Origin: an uncultured Desulfosarcina sp.
GTDB lineage: Bacteria; Desulfobacterota; Desulfobacteria; Desulfobacterales; Desulfosarcinaceae
Direction of reading: 5' to 3'
Assembly: GCA_963674945.2 (NCBI GenBank)
Contig: CAXXWQ010000004.1
Location: 1,952,001 to 2,016,000 of the forward strand
Length of the DNA: 64,000 nucleotides
Shown: piece after piece, positions 1-10,363 of the stretch
Numbering within the stretch: position 1 is the first letter of the stretch
Layout: every line of letters starts with the position of its first letter
Position numbers and translations under genes: made by a program
Notes under the pieces: model-generated
What the model saw: the letters and a program-made list of their open reading frames with translations, nothing else
Told to the model about the DNA's origin: nothing
Databases searched by the model: none

Positions 1-216
1 AGTGTTTAGACCGGTTGACCACATTGGAAACCCGGTCTTTCAGTTTATCAAGCCTTGCCACTGACCAGGGTCTTCAAGCGGGATTAGGGAGGAGTGAACA
101 ACGATAGCGCGGTACGTTTCATCGTACAACTCAACCTCTATAGCGTCGGGCAAGTTAAAGTTCCGACAGTGGCCCGAAATTTTCTTCAAAGGATAGAAAC
201 AAAAGCTCCCCAAGCA

Positions 217-516
217 TCAACTGACTCGTGGTACCGAAATGGAGCCATCCATTATTTCGTGTTGTTTGATGCGCCCTGTCGTCGAGCAAAACTGATAGAA
301 TTCGACGTTGTCGGAAAAATAATTATATTCAGCAGGCAGTTGGGAAGTGACACCTAACCCATTCATATTGGATTGTCCGGATAGAATGAACACCATCGGC
401 CTACTATGATCGGGATCGGAATTAATCAATTGTACATCAATGGTCTGGCTACATCCTCCAAGCAAAAGTAAGAAGGCAAATACAGCTGTTCTGACAAATT
501 TAGAAATCGAGATCAT
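217..516 (-). pseudogene. Truncated sialate O-acetylesterase (SASA/SGNH) family lipoprotein, N-terminal fragment
   Basis: From ATG 516: lipoprotein signal (FLLLLGGC) followed by VFILSGQSNMNG, the GQSN block of this family. The ORF stops after 99 aa, and no convincing continuation was found in other frames. Confidence 0.55.
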
Positions 517-1252
517 CTTCTTTGGCCGGAGAAACGATTTGGCAACAACGATAACGTGGAAAATGATACTCAGGGTGCGCCGTTCAAAACAGGACGGCTC
601 TGCAGTTTCATATTGCCCGCCATTTGTTTTCATCGCTTCAACTGAATGTGAGAATCTTCTTGTTTCGGTCGACGATATGGCTTCTTCTCATGAGTACATT
701 TCCAAACCACTATTCGCTAAAACAATGAACAAACGAAATATTAAGGCTGTTGTGATGAATTTGATGCATAGCAAAATCGATAATAACAACTTTTCATTCA
801 TACTTTTCATCCTCAACAACAAAGCCAGAAATGAGGATATAGAACTGAGGACAGCCAAGCACCCATTTATATGAATGTGTTATGTCTTTTTTCTAACAAT
901 TAGCGGTGAGTTACGTCAAGCAATTTGCTGTTAGAATTTTGTTATAAGATTCTCAAATAGCCAAATTCTGATTTGTATTTACACGTAATACGGTTGGAAA
1001 GGAAAAGCAGCCTGTGTCTGATGCACGTCACGAGAGGTCCACCCATGCGGTTTAAAGCATGGAGCAGTTAAGATTCGGATGTATCTCGAGTGTCTTGTGA
1101 GTACTCCAGCATACTCCACACAAAAAATATGAGGAAAATAAGGTTGGACGCACCGGCGATTAAAAATCCAGAGCCAAATCCGATGGTCTCGATCAGGGGA
1201 CCCAATCCGATTGAACCGGCCATCAGACCAAAATAAAGGAAACCGGACGGAA

Positions 1253-1786
1253 TTACTCGGCAAACCCCAAACCGGTAAACCGTTCGACCGTGGCGTGATG
1301 GACCCGCCAGTCATTTCCCGTTCGGGTCAATTCCAGTTTCAATCGATACAGATCCGCGTTTTCTCCAATCCCGTCGAGCCATGCCAAGGGATCGTCGCGA
1401 AGCGTGTCCAGTCCCGGAAAGGTCTGCTCCTGTTTTACGATGAGAAAGGGCGTGCTGGCCTGTGCGGCTTTCCCCCCTTCCTCAATCTCGACGGAAACAC
1501 GCGGGTAGAGAACTTTCAGTGGTCCGTAATAGTTAAAGGTTCGCCAGAGTAGGCCCTTGATGCCGCTTCTTCCAAGGTCCATGGGCATGGCCCGCACATC
1601 TTCCGTGGTCAGGTCCAGGAGTCCCCCGATATCGTGATCTTGCGCCAGGACCGCGCCCGTTGCAATCAATTCCCGAATCTGGACCGTAGCGTCTTTCTCG
1701 GTGCAGGCCCAAAAGGCTCCCATACAAATCATGACCAGGATAAACGAGGCGCCCAACCGTTTCATCATATCACCCCACACCTTCAT
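1253..1786 (-). CDS. Putative lipoprotein, NTF2/SnoaL-like fold
   Basis: 177-aa ORF with an ATGA overlap on the upstream gene, a signal peptide ending AFWAC, and a 'DIGGLLDLTTEDV...W-R-V' NTF2-like pattern. The start may be 1768 or 1765. Confidence 0.6.
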   Translation of the reverse strand: MKVWGDMMKRLGASFILVMICMGAFWACTEKDATVQIRELIATGAVLAQDHDIGGLLDLTTEDVRAMPMDLGRSGIKGLLWRTFNYYGPLKVLYPRVSVEIEEGGKAAQASTPFLIVKQEQTFPGLDTLRDDPLAWLDGIGENADLYRLKLELTRTGNDWRVHHATVERFTGLGFAE

Positions 1787-2292
1787 TTATCCCCGGCAGC
1801 CTTTTCCTGGGAAAATATGGTGGCGGCCAGGTCGATATCCTCGGGGCAGAAGACGAAGAGGCACTTGGCATCCGGCCCGGCCACGGAACCGTACACGTAG
1901 TTGATGTTGATGCCTGCCTCGCCGAATTTGGAGGAGAGCCGGGCCAACTCACCGGGGCGATTGTCCAGTTCCACGGCGATGACCGGCATGATATCGAAGG
2001 TATAGCCGTGTTTGGAAAGAAGGTCGATGGCGGCATTGGTCTTGCCGTCTTCGGCCAGAAGCCGGATCAGGGCGAATTGGGCCGAGTCTTTTCTCATGGA
2101 GTTATAACTGGCGGCCGAGGCGATCCGTTTGAGCATCCTGCCCCGGGCCTTGAACAGTTCCAGCACATAGGCCGAGGCATCCTGTATGGTCAATGCATCG
2201 ATGTTGATGCCCGCCTTTCCCATGAGCGTGGCCAGCTTACCCAGTTCGCCGGGTTCGTTTTTCAGAAACAGAGAGATTTCGGTTCTGATCAT
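1783..2292 (-). CDS. Tandem ACT-domain protein
   Basis: Two ACT motifs (FLKNEPGELGKL; ELDNRPGELARL...GININYVY); GGAGG RBS. Confidence 0.85.
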   Translation of the reverse strand: MIRTEISLFLKNEPGELGKLATLMGKAGINIDALTIQDASAYVLELFKARGRMLKRIASAASYNSMRKDSAQFALIRLLAEDGKTNAAIDLLSKHGYTFDIMPVIAVELDNRPGELARLSSKFGEAGININYVYGSVAGPDAKCLFVFCPEDIDLAATIFSQEKAAGDK

Positions 2293-2325
2293 TACAGACC
2301 TCCCTTGTATTTTATCCCCAATTCT

Positions 2326-2477
2326 TACGATCAGGTAAAAAGCCCCTGTTCGGACGGATTCGTAAAAAGCCCGAGATCAAGGATTGCGAATTCGTGAGGA
2401 ATGAGGCGTACCTATTGTACTCCGCAGTGACGAAGGATGAAGCGTAACGCCGATATCGGGCTTTTTACGAATCCGTC
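2326..2477. repeat. Palindromic intergenic element family A, full copy
   Basis: Perfect 22-bp inverted repeats GACGGATTCGTAAAAAGCCCGA (2353-2374 / 2456-2477), plus a degenerate third arm starting 27 bp upstream (2326). Homologous in reverse complement to 38129-38280. Confidence 0.9.
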
Positions 2478-2481
2478 AATT

Positions 2482-3639
2482 CTAGCGGGTGACCCTTTTG
2501 TCCTTAAGAATATTGTTGGCGATCACCACGCGCTGGATCTCCGAGGTACCCTCGTAGATGGTGAACACCCTCGCGTCCCGGTAAAACCGCTCCACCGGAT
2601 AGTCGGATGTAAAACCATATCCACCGTGTATCTGGAGGGCCTGTGCGGTGACCTTGTTGACCATCTCGGAAGCGAACAGCTTGGCCATGGAGGCCTGGGT
2701 GGTGAAGCGTTCTTTGCGGTCCTTCATGGCGGCGGCAGACAGCGTCAGTTGCCGGGCCGCCTCGATCTGGGTAGCCATGTCGGCGATGATCCATCGAAGG
2801 CCCTGAAACTTTGATATCTTCTGGCCGAACTGGTCCCGCTCCTTGGCGTAGCGAACCGCCGCGTCGAACGCCGCCTGGGCCACACCCAGACTCTGGGCGG
2901 CGATACCGATTCGCCCGCCGTCAAGTCCCTTCATGACGATTTTGAACCCCTCCCCTTCCGCACCCAGCCGATCCGATGCCGGCACGCAACAATCCTCGAA
3001 ATGAAGATCGGTGGTATCCGAGGCACGCAGCCCCATCTTCTCCTCTGTCCTTCCCACTACGAGCCCGGGATTGTCCTTGGTAACGATGAATGTACTGATT
3101 CCCTTGTGCCGGGCATCGGGATCCGTCTTGGCCGCAACGATGACGAGACCGCAATTTTTACCGGTGGTGATGAACCGCTTGGTACCGCTGATGATGTAAT
3201 GGTCACCGTCTTTCACCGCCGTGGTCTGCTGGCTCACCGGATCCGATCCCGCATCGGGTTCCGTAAGGGCAAAGGCGCCGATGATGTTGCCGGTGGCAAG
3301 ATCCTTGAGATAACGCTCCCGCTGGTCTTCCGTGCCGAAATTCAGAATACTTTCGCAGACGATGGAGTTGTGTACGGACATGACCACCGCCGTTGACGCG
3401 CAGGCGTAGGCGATCTCGGAAAGTGCCAGCACATACCCGATGGAATCCGAGTCCGATCCTTCGTATTGGAAGGGCACCATCATCCCCAAGAGTCCCAGTT
3501 CTCCCATCTTCTTCAGGTTCTTTGCAGGAAATTCCTTGGTCTTGTCCCGCTCCGCCGCGGTTTCCGCCACCGCCTTTCGCGCGAACTCACGAACCATGGA
3601 TTGAATCATCAGTTGTTCATCGGTCAGCTTGAAGGACAT
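2482..3639 (-). CDS. Short-chain (butyryl-CoA-type) acyl-CoA dehydrogenase
   Basis: GAFALTEPDAGSD, GTKRFIT, GRIGIAAQ, QIHGGYG and IYEGTSEIQ motifs; 385 aa. Confidence 0.95.
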   Translation of the reverse strand: MSFKLTDEQLMIQSMVREFARKAVAETAAERDKTKEFPAKNLKKMGELGLLGMMVPFQYEGSDSDSIGYVLALSEIAYACASTAVVMSVHNSIVCESILNFGTEDQRERYLKDLATGNIIGAFALTEPDAGSDPVSQQTTAVKDGDHYIISGTKRFITTGKNCGLVIVAAKTDPDARHKGISTFIVTKDNPGLVVGRTEEKMGLRASDTTDLHFEDCCVPASDRLGAEGEGFKIVMKGLDGGRIGIAAQSLGVAQAAFDAAVRYAKERDQFGQKISKFQGLRWIIADMATQIEAARQLTLSAAAMKDRKERFTTQASMAKLFASEMVNKVTAQALQIHGGYGFTSDYPVERFYRDARVFTIYEGTSEIQRVVIANNILKDKRVTR

Positions 3640-3729
3640 GGCCTTGTCTCCTATTGTAAAATCCGTGGCCCCAGTACCCGGCTTTGGACTCCTCCTAAAC
3701 GAGGGATGCGATAGTATCAGGGAAAACCA

Positions 3730-3780
3730 CAGGAGTCAGAAGCCAGCATTCAGGAGCCAGAATACTGACTCCTGGATTCT
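3730..3780. repeat. Degenerate 7-mer tandem array followed by inverted 7-mers
   Basis: caggagt-cagaagc-cagcatt-caggagc-cagaata, then ctgactc-ctggatt-ct (reverse-complement units). Confidence 0.7.
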
Positions 3781-3870
3781 CATAACAATCTTTCGGTCGA
3801 GCCTTTTATTTTTTTGGCTTGGCCCGGAGGGACAGGGTTTCTTATCTGAACAAACCCAATCGTAGTCGAG

Positions 3871-4422
3871 CTACGGATTGTAGATGACCACGATCAATTC
3901 GGCATCCGTCTCTCCGATATTTCTCAGGTGGTGCTGAATCCCGGAATTGAAATGGAGAGTTTCCCCCGGGCCGATGGTGTTTACATGCTCCCCCACCATC
4001 ACCTCGATGGTGCCCTCGAGGACGTACACGAACTCTTCCCCCTCGTGGTTATAACTCACCCCCTCGTGATCCGCCATGGCATCGATCTTCACGCGAAATG
4101 CCTTTAAATGCTTGTTTTCGGCTCCGGGGGTCAAAGTCGTGTAGGCATAGCTGTCCGTTCTCTTGGTATATGCCTTGATGCGATTTTTCATTCGCCCGCT
4201 GTCTTCCTTCAATAGTTCTCCGGAATCGATATCCAGGGCACGGGAAATCTGGAGCAATGAGCCGACCGGAGGCGTAATCTTGCCACTTTCCACCTTTTTG
4301 ATAAAATCGATGGAAAATCCGGTCTCGTTGGCCAGGGTGTCGTAGGACATCTTCTTGTCGATGCGGGCCTTTTTGATCTTCTTTCCCACGGGCACCAGAG
4401 TGGATTTTTTTCTGGGGGGCAT
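3871..4422 (-). CDS. XRE-family HTH regulator with cupin domain
   Basis: N-terminal HTH (LANETGFSIDFIKKVESG); C-terminal cupin (HEGEEFVYVLEG...HHLRN). Confidence 0.92.
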   Translation of the reverse strand: MPPRKKSTLVPVGKKIKKARIDKKMSYDTLANETGFSIDFIKKVESGKITPPVGSLLQISRALDIDSGELLKEDSGRMKNRIKAYTKRTDSYAYTTLTPGAENKHLKAFRVKIDAMADHEGVSYNHEGEEFVYVLEGTIEVMVGEHVNTIGPGETLHFNSGIQHHLRNIGETDAELIVVIYNP

Positions 4423-4444
4423 CGAAAAACCTCCTTTTTCAAAA

Positions 4445-4518
4445 GAGTTCGAGGATTCGAGAGGTCAGGGGATCGAGCAACGGAAACGGTCGGTTCACTC
4501 GAATCCTTGAATCCTCGA
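4445..4518. repeat. Degenerate 8-mer tandem array followed by inverted 8-mers
   Basis: gagttcga-ggattcga-gaggtcag-gggatcga, a spacer, then ctcgaatc-cttgaatc-ctcga. Confidence 0.7.
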
Positions 4519-4520
4519 TT

Positions 4521-5369
4521 TTAGTACTCGTAAAATCCTCTTTTCGTCTTTCTGCCCAACCATCCGGCTTCCACGTATTTTCTGAGCAGTGGGCAGGGTC
4601 GGTATTTGGGATCCTTGAATCCATCGTGCAGGGTCTCCATGATGGCCAGGCAGGTGTCCAGTCCGATGAAATCCGCAAGGGTCAGTGGCCCCATGGGATG
4701 ATTCAATCCAAGTCTCATAACAGTGTCGATATCTTCCCGACTGCCAACACCGTGGTACAGGGCGAAAATTGCCTCATTGATCATGGGAAGTAAGATCCGG
4801 TTGGCGATAAAACCGGGGTAGTCGTTTGCCAGCACCGGTGTCTTTTTGAACTTGACAGAAAGGTCCCATGTGGTCTGGAAGGTTTCGTCACTGGTTGCGA
4901 TGCCGCGAATCACCTCGATCAGTTTCATCACCGGCACGGGATTCATGAAATGCATGCCGATCACCTTGTCCGGACGGCCGGTCTGGGCGGCGATGCGGCC
5001 GATGGGAATGGAAGAGGTATTGGTCGCCAGAATCACCTCGGGCCGGCAGATTCCGTCCAACTCCTTGAAAATCTGAAGTTTGAGCGCCTCGTTTTCCGTT
5101 GCCGCTTCCACTGCAAAATCCACGTTTTCCATGTCCGCAAGGTCGGCCGTGATGTGGAGGCGACCCAAGATGGCGTCTTTCTCCTCGGTCGTGATCTTCC
5201 CCTTTCCCGCATCCTTTTCGAGGATACTGGTGATGTTGGAAAGCCCCTTTTCGGCAAACTCGATTTTGATATCACTCATGACGACGTTCAAACCTGCCGT
5301 GGCCGCCACCTGTGCGATTCCGTTTCCCATCTGTCCCGCACCGACAACACCGAACGTTTTTACTTCCAT
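4521..5369 (-). CDS. hbd: 3-hydroxybutyryl-CoA dehydrogenase
   Basis: GAGQMGNGIA Rossmann motif, LATNTSS, GMHFMNPVP, PGFIANR, HPMGPL. Start moved to ATG 5369 (GGAG RBS). Confidence 0.93.
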   Translation of the reverse strand: MEVKTFGVVGAGQMGNGIAQVAATAGLNVVMSDIKIEFAEKGLSNITSILEKDAGKGKITTEEKDAILGRLHITADLADMENVDFAVEAATENEALKLQIFKELDGICRPEVILATNTSSIPIGRIAAQTGRPDKVIGMHFMNPVPVMKLIEVIRGIATSDETFQTTWDLSVKFKKTPVLANDYPGFIANRILLPMINEAIFALYHGVGSREDIDTVMRLGLNHPMGPLTLADFIGLDTCLAIMETLHDGFKDPKYRPCPLLRKYVEAGWLGRKTKRGFYEY

Positions 5370-5422
5370 TTCTCGTCTCCTTATTCTTTCACATGTTATC
5401 GCTTGAATTCGTAACATAATAT

Positions 5423-5600
5423 CAGTGTCTGTCCGGAAATAGGTAAGTTTGGTCGAGATCAAAGCGCGCGAAAAATTTTACCGGAGGTGCCCGAAGGAAA
5501 TGCCCCGGGGTGCATATGGTTGATATTTCGAGGATAAAATTTTTCGCGCAACGCCGATATCGGCCCAAGCTACAATTGAACTGGCCATTTCTGGACGAAA
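5423..5600. repeat. Palindromic intergenic element family B, copy with two insertions
   Basis: Colinear with 10364-10508 (gaaatagg..tttggtcgagatc..gaaaaatttta.cggagg..atatggttgatatt.cgaggataaaatttttcgcgcaac..gatatcgg..gccatttctgga), with extra segments near 5487-5512 and 5569-5583. Confidence 0.88.
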
Positions 5601-5601
5601 A

Positions 5602-8600
5602 TTACATATTCCGCCGGTACTGCCCGCCCACCTCATACAAGGCTCCGGTGATCTGCCCTAAGCTGCAGACCTTGACCGTTTCCATGAGTTCGGCGAAGAT
5701 GTTGCCGCCGGAAAGGGCCACCTTCTGCAGCCGCGCCAACGCATCGGGTGCCCGGCCTTCGTTACGTGACTGAAATGCCGCCAGACGTTCGAGCTGGGAC
5801 TCCTTCTCCTCGGTGGTGGCCCGGGCCAGGTCAATGCAGACCGCTTCTTCCAGAAGGTCGGCGCCATCTGCATGGGGATCCCGGAATGTGTTCACACCGA
5901 CGATGGGATACTCTCCGGAGTGCTTCAGCATCTCGTAGTAAAGAGATTCCTCCTGTATCTTGCTGCGCTGGTAGCCGGTCTCCATGGCCCCCAGCACTCC
6001 GCCCCTGGCGGTAATCCTGTCATACTCCATGAGAACGGCCTCTTCCACCAGGTCGGTGAGTTCCTCTACGATGAAGCTGCCCTGGTAGGGGTTCTCGTTT
6101 TTCGCAAGTCCCCACTCCCGGTTGATGATCAGCTGGATGGCCAGCGCCCGCCGAACGGACTCTTCCGTCGGCGTGGTGATGGCCTCGTCAAAGGCGTTGG
6201 TGTGCAGGCTTTGGGCATTGTCATAAATGGCGCAAAGGGCCTGAAGCGTGGTTCGGATATCGTTGAGCTGGATATCCTGGCTGTGAAGACTGCGCCCGCT
6301 GGTCTGGATGTGGTATTTGAGCATCTGGCTGCGCGCCGACGCACCGTATTTTTCCCGCAGGGCCACGGCCCAGATGCGCCGAGCCACCCGACCGATGACC
6401 GTGTACTCCGGATCCATACCGTTGGAGAAGAAAAACGAGAGGTTGGGGGCGAAACGATCCAGGGGCATTCCCCGGGAAAGGTAGTATTCCAAGTAGGTAA
6501 AGCCGTTGGCCAGGGTGAATGCCAGTTGGCTGATGGGATTGGCGCCCGCCTCTGCGATGTGATAGCCGGAAATGGAGACGGAATAAAAATTGCGCACATT
6601 TTTCTCGATAAAATATTCCTGAATGTCGCCCATCATCTTCAAGGCGAAATCGATGGAGAAAATGCAGGTGTTTTGCCCCTGATCCTCCTTGAGAATGTCC
6701 GCCTGAACGGTTCCGCGCACACTCGAAAGCACCATGGCTTTGATCCGCTCGTATTCTTGTTCGTCGGGCTGCTTGTTTTTTTCGGCCGCATATTTTTCTA
6801 CCTGTTGGTCGATGGCCGTATTGAGAAACATGGCCAGCATGATGGGCGCAGGCCCGTTGATGGTCATGGATACCGAGGTGTTGGGGGCGCACAGTTCGAA
6901 CCCGCCATAGAGTACCTTCACATCGTCCAGGGTACAGACGCTCACACCGGCGTTGCCGATCTTGCCGTAGATATCGGGACGACGGTCAGGGTCGTAACCG
7001 TAGAGGGTGACTGAATCGAAAGCGGTCGACAGACGCTTTGCCTCGCTGTTTTCAGACAAGAGCTTGAATCTTCGGTTGGTACGGGCAGGGTCCCCCTCCC
7101 CGGCAAACATGCGGGTGGGATCTTCGCCCACGCGCTTCAATGGAAACACCCCTGCCGTGTATGGGAAATAGCCGGGAAGGTTCTCCCTGCGCTGCCAGCG
7201 ATAGATCTCTCCGGGATCCGTAAACCGGGGCAGGGAAATCTTTGGTATCTTCTGACGGGAGAGGGATTCGGTGTAAAGGGGAACGCGGATCTCTTTCCCC
7301 CGGACCGTGTACACCAGTTCATCGCCGGAATAGGCGGCGCGGGTCTTCTCCCACGTGTCGACCAGCGTTTGTGTCTCGTCGGCCAGTGCCTTGCGGGACG
7401 ATTCGATTTCATTTTTCAGCCGTTCGAGCAATGCATCCGCATCGCCGGAAAGGCAGGCGACCGCCTCTTCCAAGTGCCAGACCCGACGCACGGCCTCTGC
7501 CTGATGTTCGGTCTCTTTGTGGTAGGATCGCACCGTTTCCGCGATTTCGGCAAGATAGCGGGTGCGCTCCGGCGGAATGATGATGGTCTTGGAAGTGGAA
7601 GTCTTTGTGTCCGGTCGAGACAGACCGGAATGAAATTTTTCGCCGGTCTTGTCGTTGATACCGTCCAGAAACGCATGGTACAGTGCCGTCACCCCGTCAT
7701 CGTTGAATTTGGAGGCGATGGTGCCATAGACCGGCATCGCCTCCACCGGCTGACCGAAGGCCATACGGTTTCGCTGCACCTGTTTTCTCACGTCGCGTAC
7801 AGCGTCCTCGCCCCCCAGTTTTTCGTACTTGTTGACCACCACCAGATCGGCGAAGTCGAGCATGTCGATCTTCTCCAGCTGGGAGGCGGCGCCGAACTCG
7901 CTGGTCATCACGTACATGGACAGGTCCACCAGATCGGTGATGTTCGAGTCCCCCTGGCCGATACCGGCAGTTTCGACGATGATCAGATCGAAACCGGCAG
8001 CCTTGACCACGTCGATCGCCTCTTCCATGGCGTCGGGCAGTTCCGTGTTGGAACGGCGGGTGGCGATGGACCGCATGTAAACCCGGGGACTTCCGATGGC
8101 GTTCATACGGATCCGATCCCCCAGCAGTGCACCACCGGTCTTTCTGCGGGAGGGATCGGCACTGATGATGGCGATATGGATATCCTTGAAGTCGTGCAGG
8201 AGGCGAAGGATCAGTTCGTCGGTGAGCGATGACTTTCCCGCCCCGCCGGTACCGGTGATGCCCACAACCGGCACCCGCCGGTTGCCGATCTTCTCTTTCA
8301 GTTGCTCCCGCAGGTGCACCAGATGACCGTTCTGCCCGGCCTTGGCCTGCTCCACGGCAGTAATCCAACTGGCCACCCGCAACGGGTTGTCGGCAGCCAG
8401 ATCGCCGGTATCCAGATCGGCATCAGGGGGCCGGGGAACATCCATCTGCGCCACCATGTGATTGATGATGCCTTGCAGTCCCATACGGGTGCCATCCTCG
8501 GGCGAGTAAATTTTGGTCACGCCGTAGGATTCCAGTTCCTTGATCTCCTCGGGAACGATGACCCCGCCACCGCCGCCGAATACCCGGACGTGGGACGCGC

Positions 8601-8874
8601 CCTTCTCCTTCAAAAGGTCCACCATGTATTTGAAGTACTCCTGGTGTCCACCCTGGTAGCTGGAAACGGCGATTCCCTGGGCATCCTCTTCGATGGCCGC
8701 GTCGACGATCTCCAGTACTGCACGGTTGTGCCCCAGGTGGATTACTTCCACACCAGTGCTCTGGAGAATTCGCCTGAAAATGTTGATGGAAGCGTCGTGG
8801 CCATCGAACAGGGATGTGGCCGTGACCACGCGAACGTCGTTTTTGGGCCGGTAAACCGACTTGTCATCGTTCAT
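5602..8874 (-). CDS. icmF: Fused isobutyryl-CoA mutase/GTPase chaperone IcmF
   Basis: N-terminal B12-binding domain (FDGHDASI), MeaB-like GTPase ([21 protein letters not shown]) and mutase domain ([23 protein letters not shown]); 1090 aa. Confidence 0.96.
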   Translation of the reverse strand: MNDDKSVYRPKNDVRVVTATSLFDGHDASINIFRRILQSTGVEVIHLGHNRAVLEIVDAAIEEDAQGIAVSSYQGGHQEYFKYMVDLLKEKGASHVRVFGGGGGVIVPEEIKELESYGVTKIYSPEDGTRMGLQGIINHMVAQMDVPRPPDADLDTGDLAADNPLRVASWITAVEQAKAGQNGHLVHLREQLKEKIGNRRVPVVGITGTGGAGKSSLTDELILRLLHDFKDIHIAIISADPSRRKTGGALLGDRIRMNAIGSPRVYMRSIATRRSNTELPDAMEEAIDVVKAAGFDLIIVETAGIGQGDSNITDLVDLSMYVMTSEFGAASQLEKIDMLDFADLVVVNKYEKLGGEDAVRDVRKQVQRNRMAFGQPVEAMPVYGTIASKFNDDGVTALYHAFLDGINDKTGEKFHSGLSRPDTKTSTSKTIIIPPERTRYLAEIAETVRSYHKETEHQAEAVRRVWHLEEAVACLSGDADALLERLKNEIESSRKALADETQTLVDTWEKTRAAYSGDELVYTVRGKEIRVPLYTESLSRQKIPKISLPRFTDPGEIYRWQRRENLPGYFPYTAGVFPLKRVGEDPTRMFAGEGDPARTNRRFKLLSENSEAKRLSTAFDSVTLYGYDPDRRPDIYGKIGNAGVSVCTLDDVKVLYGGFELCAPNTSVSMTINGPAPIMLAMFLNTAIDQQVEKYAAEKNKQPDEQEYERIKAMVLSSVRGTVQADILKEDQGQNTCIFSIDFALKMMGDIQEYFIEKNVRNFYSVSISGYHIAEAGANPISQLAFTLANGFTYLEYYLSRGMPLDRFAPNLSFFFSNGMDPEYTVIGRVARRIWAVALREKYGASARSQMLKYHIQTSGRSLHSQDIQLNDIRTTLQALCAIYDNAQSLHTNAFDEAITTPTEESVRRALAIQLIINREWGLAKNENPYQGSFIVEELTDLVEEAVLMEYDRITARGGVLGAMETGYQRSKIQEESLYYEMLKHSGEYPIVGVNTFRDPHADGADLLEEAVCIDLARATTEEKESQLERLAAFQSRNEGRAPDALARLQKVALSGGNIFAELMETVKVCSLGQITGALYEVGGQYRRNM

Positions 8875-9139
8875 GCGTCCTCCTTACGCGAATAGGGGAA
8901 TTTCCCGCCATCATGCCGGTTACGTTTCCTTCGTCCGCGCATTAAACCGTCAACGAACCGGTTTAACAATTGACCGGTGATTGTCATGGGACGAATCAGA
9001 AACGTTGCATGTGTAACTGCTGGCGGTGGTATTATGCCGTGTAAGGTCACAACATTCTTCGTCTTGTTTAAAAAGTCGTGGTATTTTCCTTTATTGCGTC
9101 AGCCGTATTGAATTCATCAGAACGCCACGGAATCCCATC

Positions 9140-10294
9140 TTATTTCAGTTTTCCGATAAGCGCACTGGCGATGGTGTTTTTCTGAATCTCCTTGGTCCCC
9201 TCGTAAATCTCGGTAATCTTGGCATCCCGATAGAAGCGCTCCACCTCGTATTCCGTCATGTAGCCATATCCACCCAAAAGCTGAATGGCTTCATCGGCCA
9301 CCTCCACCGCGGTGCGCGCTGCGAACATCTTGGCCATGCTGGTGAGCTTGGGATCGATGCGGCCCTGGTCGAAGTTCCAGGCAGCTTTATAGGTAATCAG
9401 CCGGGCCAGTTCGATCTTGGTGGCCATGTCGGCCAGTTTGTGCTGGGTAACCTGAAACTGGGCAATTTTCTTGCCGAACTGCTCCCGCTGTTTCACATAG
9501 GCCAGGGCCCGGTCGTAGGCTCCCTGAGCCGTACCCAGGGCCTGGGCCGCCACCTGGATGCGGCTTTCATCGAAAAAGTGAAGCACATGGTAAAATCCCT
9601 TGTTCTCCTCGCCGATGAGGTTTTCCAGGGGAACGCGTACCTCTTTAAAGGTCACTTCGGCGGTGGCCATCATACGGATGCCCATCTTCGCGCCTACGTC
9701 TGCGGTGGAAACACCTTCCCGATCGGCTTCCACCAGAATCAGACTCTGGCCCCGATAACTGGGTTTGGCATCGGGGTCGGTCTGGCAAAGAACGTTGTAG
9801 AATCCGGCCAGTCCGCCGTTGGTGATAAAGGTCTTGCCCCCGCTGACCACCCAATGGTCCCCATCCTTTTCGGCGGTGGTGTTCATGAAGGTGATATCCG
9901 AACCATGATCCGGCTCGGTAAAGGCGCCGGCTGAAAGCATCTCTCCTTCGGCGACGGCAGGCAGATACTTCTCTTTCTGCGCATCGGTGCCGTAGTGCAG
10001 GATGAGTTCCGAGGCAAAGGGGGCCAGGGCAACGGCACCGCCCATGGTGGAATCGCCCCGGCACAACTCCTCGATGACGAGAATGTCCTCCAGCGACCCC
10101 AATCCCTGGCCGGAATATTCTTCCGGAAAATGAACCCCGATCAGTCCGAGGTCACAGGCTTTTTTCCAGATTTTCCTTGGAAATTCATGCTTTTTTTCCA
10201 ATTCCAGGATGAGTTCCTTGTCGAACTCTCCCTTGACGAAATCCCGAACCGCTTTTTGGATGTCCTTTTGTGTCTTGTTTAATTCAAATTCCAT
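9140..10294 (-). CDS. Acyl-CoA dehydrogenase
   Basis: AFTEPDHGSD, KTFITNG, QLLGGYG and IYEGTKEIQ motifs; 384 aa; AGGAGG RBS. Confidence 0.95.
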   Translation of the reverse strand: MEFELNKTQKDIQKAVRDFVKGEFDKELILELEKKHEFPRKIWKKACDLGLIGVHFPEEYSGQGLGSLEDILVIEELCRGDSTMGGAVALAPFASELILHYGTDAQKEKYLPAVAEGEMLSAGAFTEPDHGSDITFMNTTAEKDGDHWVVSGGKTFITNGGLAGFYNVLCQTDPDAKPSYRGQSLILVEADREGVSTADVGAKMGIRMMATAEVTFKEVRVPLENLIGEENKGFYHVLHFFDESRIQVAAQALGTAQGAYDRALAYVKQREQFGKKIAQFQVTQHKLADMATKIELARLITYKAAWNFDQGRIDPKLTSMAKMFAARTAVEVADEAIQLLGGYGYMTEYEVERFYRDAKITEIYEGTKEIQKNTIASALIGKLK

Positions 10295-10363
10295 TGGATG
10301 CCTCCTGAAGAACAGATGATGGTGTTGCTTTAACGTCTATAAAATTGAAACGCTTGGTTTGTT

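Noticed and set aside
2326..2477. CRISPR array or tRNA interpretation of the palindromic repeats
   Set aside because: The copies are dispersed, with no repeat-spacer periodicity, no cas genes and no cloverleaf or T-loop signature.
5872..8895. Long plus-strand ORFs (380, 287 and 197 aa) and many similar antisense ORFs elsewhere (e.g. 33339-34718, 47996-49120, 61904-62950)
   Set aside because: They are shadow frames of well-supported genes in GC-rich DNA and carry no recognisable motifs.
8875..9139. Cobalamin riboswitch upstream of the B12-dependent icmF
   Set aside because: No B12-box or conserved GGGAA/GCCACTG core was found on the minus strand; only small hairpins are present.
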